Shown here piece after piece: positions 62,941-64,000 of a DNA stretch of 64,000 bases. The notes under the pieces were generated by a model. It was not told where the DNA came from, did not search any database, and worked only from the letters and a program-made list of their open reading frames with translations. Both the position numbers and the translations under genes were made by a program. The stretch is from Yuukianura sp. NJ FZ-2021. Lineage: Eukaryota. Within the stretch, counting starts at the first letter, position 1, and every line of letters begins with the position of its first letter. Location: positions 682,001 through 746,000 of the forward strand of contig CM102289.1 of the NCBI GenBank assembly GCA_046563655.1. Reading direction: 5' to 3'.

Positions 62941-64000
62941 CAACCAGAAATAACCTGTTTCCAAGAAATGTGCCAAAACTTCGGAGTTTCTATACGTGGT
63001 AGGGCCATTATTAAGAAATTTTACGGTATCGGAATCCCGTTTCTGGAGGGACCCTGTGTCCCTTTGGTAAACACTTCATGTTATTCATGAGTCTTGTGTT
63101 ATTCATCTTGGAGACAAAATGATTTGAATGAATGATGATAGAAGGGTGGATGGTCTGTTGCATCCAATGTACACTGCATCTGCTCAGGAGCTTACCGCCT
63201 TCGAACTTTTCTTCTCTCAACAAAAGACTCTGTTCTCAAGGGATTAGGATTCCAGTTCAGAGCTACTTTTCCTCTCTAAACTTCATTTGAACTTTTCATA
63301 ACTGGAGGAACAAGGAGGATGGAGGAGGTGGAGGAAGGTGGAGGCAGGTGTGGAGCGTCAGAATTAAATCCAGGCTCTCCTCATCGAATTCGGCCCCAAA
63401 CTTCCGTCTCGGGTCTTAAATTCGTTACTTAATTAAATCTCGAAGACCAAGTTATTTTAGGTAAGCGGATTACTAGTTACTCTATGCTGCGACTATATTA
63501 GCATTACCGTATTTCGTCGGTATTACCTCAGTCATTACCTCAGTGTAGGTACAGAAGCCTTACCTATTTACCATTGTGAAGAAGGAGATGAGATGATAGG
63601 GACACGTCCCTTGACATGGAGCTTAAGGGCACAGGGCCCTTCACCTTCCATTTGGAATTATTCAGACTGTAATCGATCCGCTAAGCTCCTCTGGATTCAC
63701 TGGACCAAAAATTTCCATTTCTCAAAAAATTTGAGAGCCAAAATCCAAATTCCTTGAAAAATTTGAATTCTTTGCAAAAAAAAAAAATTCATTTCCTCCT
63801 AACCAAATTTCTTTTTGTATTACAACCTCAGCAGTTTCGTAAGATGCAACTATATATGCAGATATGCCGTTAGTACATTAGTTTACGTATGGTATTACTA
63901 ACATATAGAGAAGTAAAGTAAATTTCAAAATTGAAAATTTTCAAATTTTGGGGAAAATTAAGTTTTTGTGAAATTTTGTACGTGGGTCGCGATAAAATGT

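Overview
AT-rich, intron-containing eukaryotic (invertebrate, probably arthropod; inference) genomic DNA. Positions 1-14 kb are gene-dense: the 5' part of TDP2 (-), a complete 10-exon divergent nicotinic acetylcholine receptor alpha subunit (-) whose intron 3 holds three nested non-autonomous transposons, and an 11-exon animal heme peroxidase-like gene (+) with a 1.1-kb insertion in exon 9 and altered catalytic residues. Positions 15-64 kb are mostly non-coding, rich in An/Tn tracts and GCGGGA motifs, and probably the long 5' introns of a + strand gene whose first visible coding exon is at 61.9 kb. This region contains a Ty3/Gypsy element (37046-43276) with a slippery-site/pseudoknot frameshift, an RT deletion and an intron-containing third ORF encoding a CCHC zinc knuckle. 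It also contains a 2.66-kb composite foldback palindrome with a 6-bp TSD, several MITEs/SINEs, and a 4-exon gene (-) fusing a signal peptide and a ~490-aa LRR-like ectodomain to an FMRFamide-receptor-type 7TM domain. All calls come from manual reading and translation; no database searches were run.
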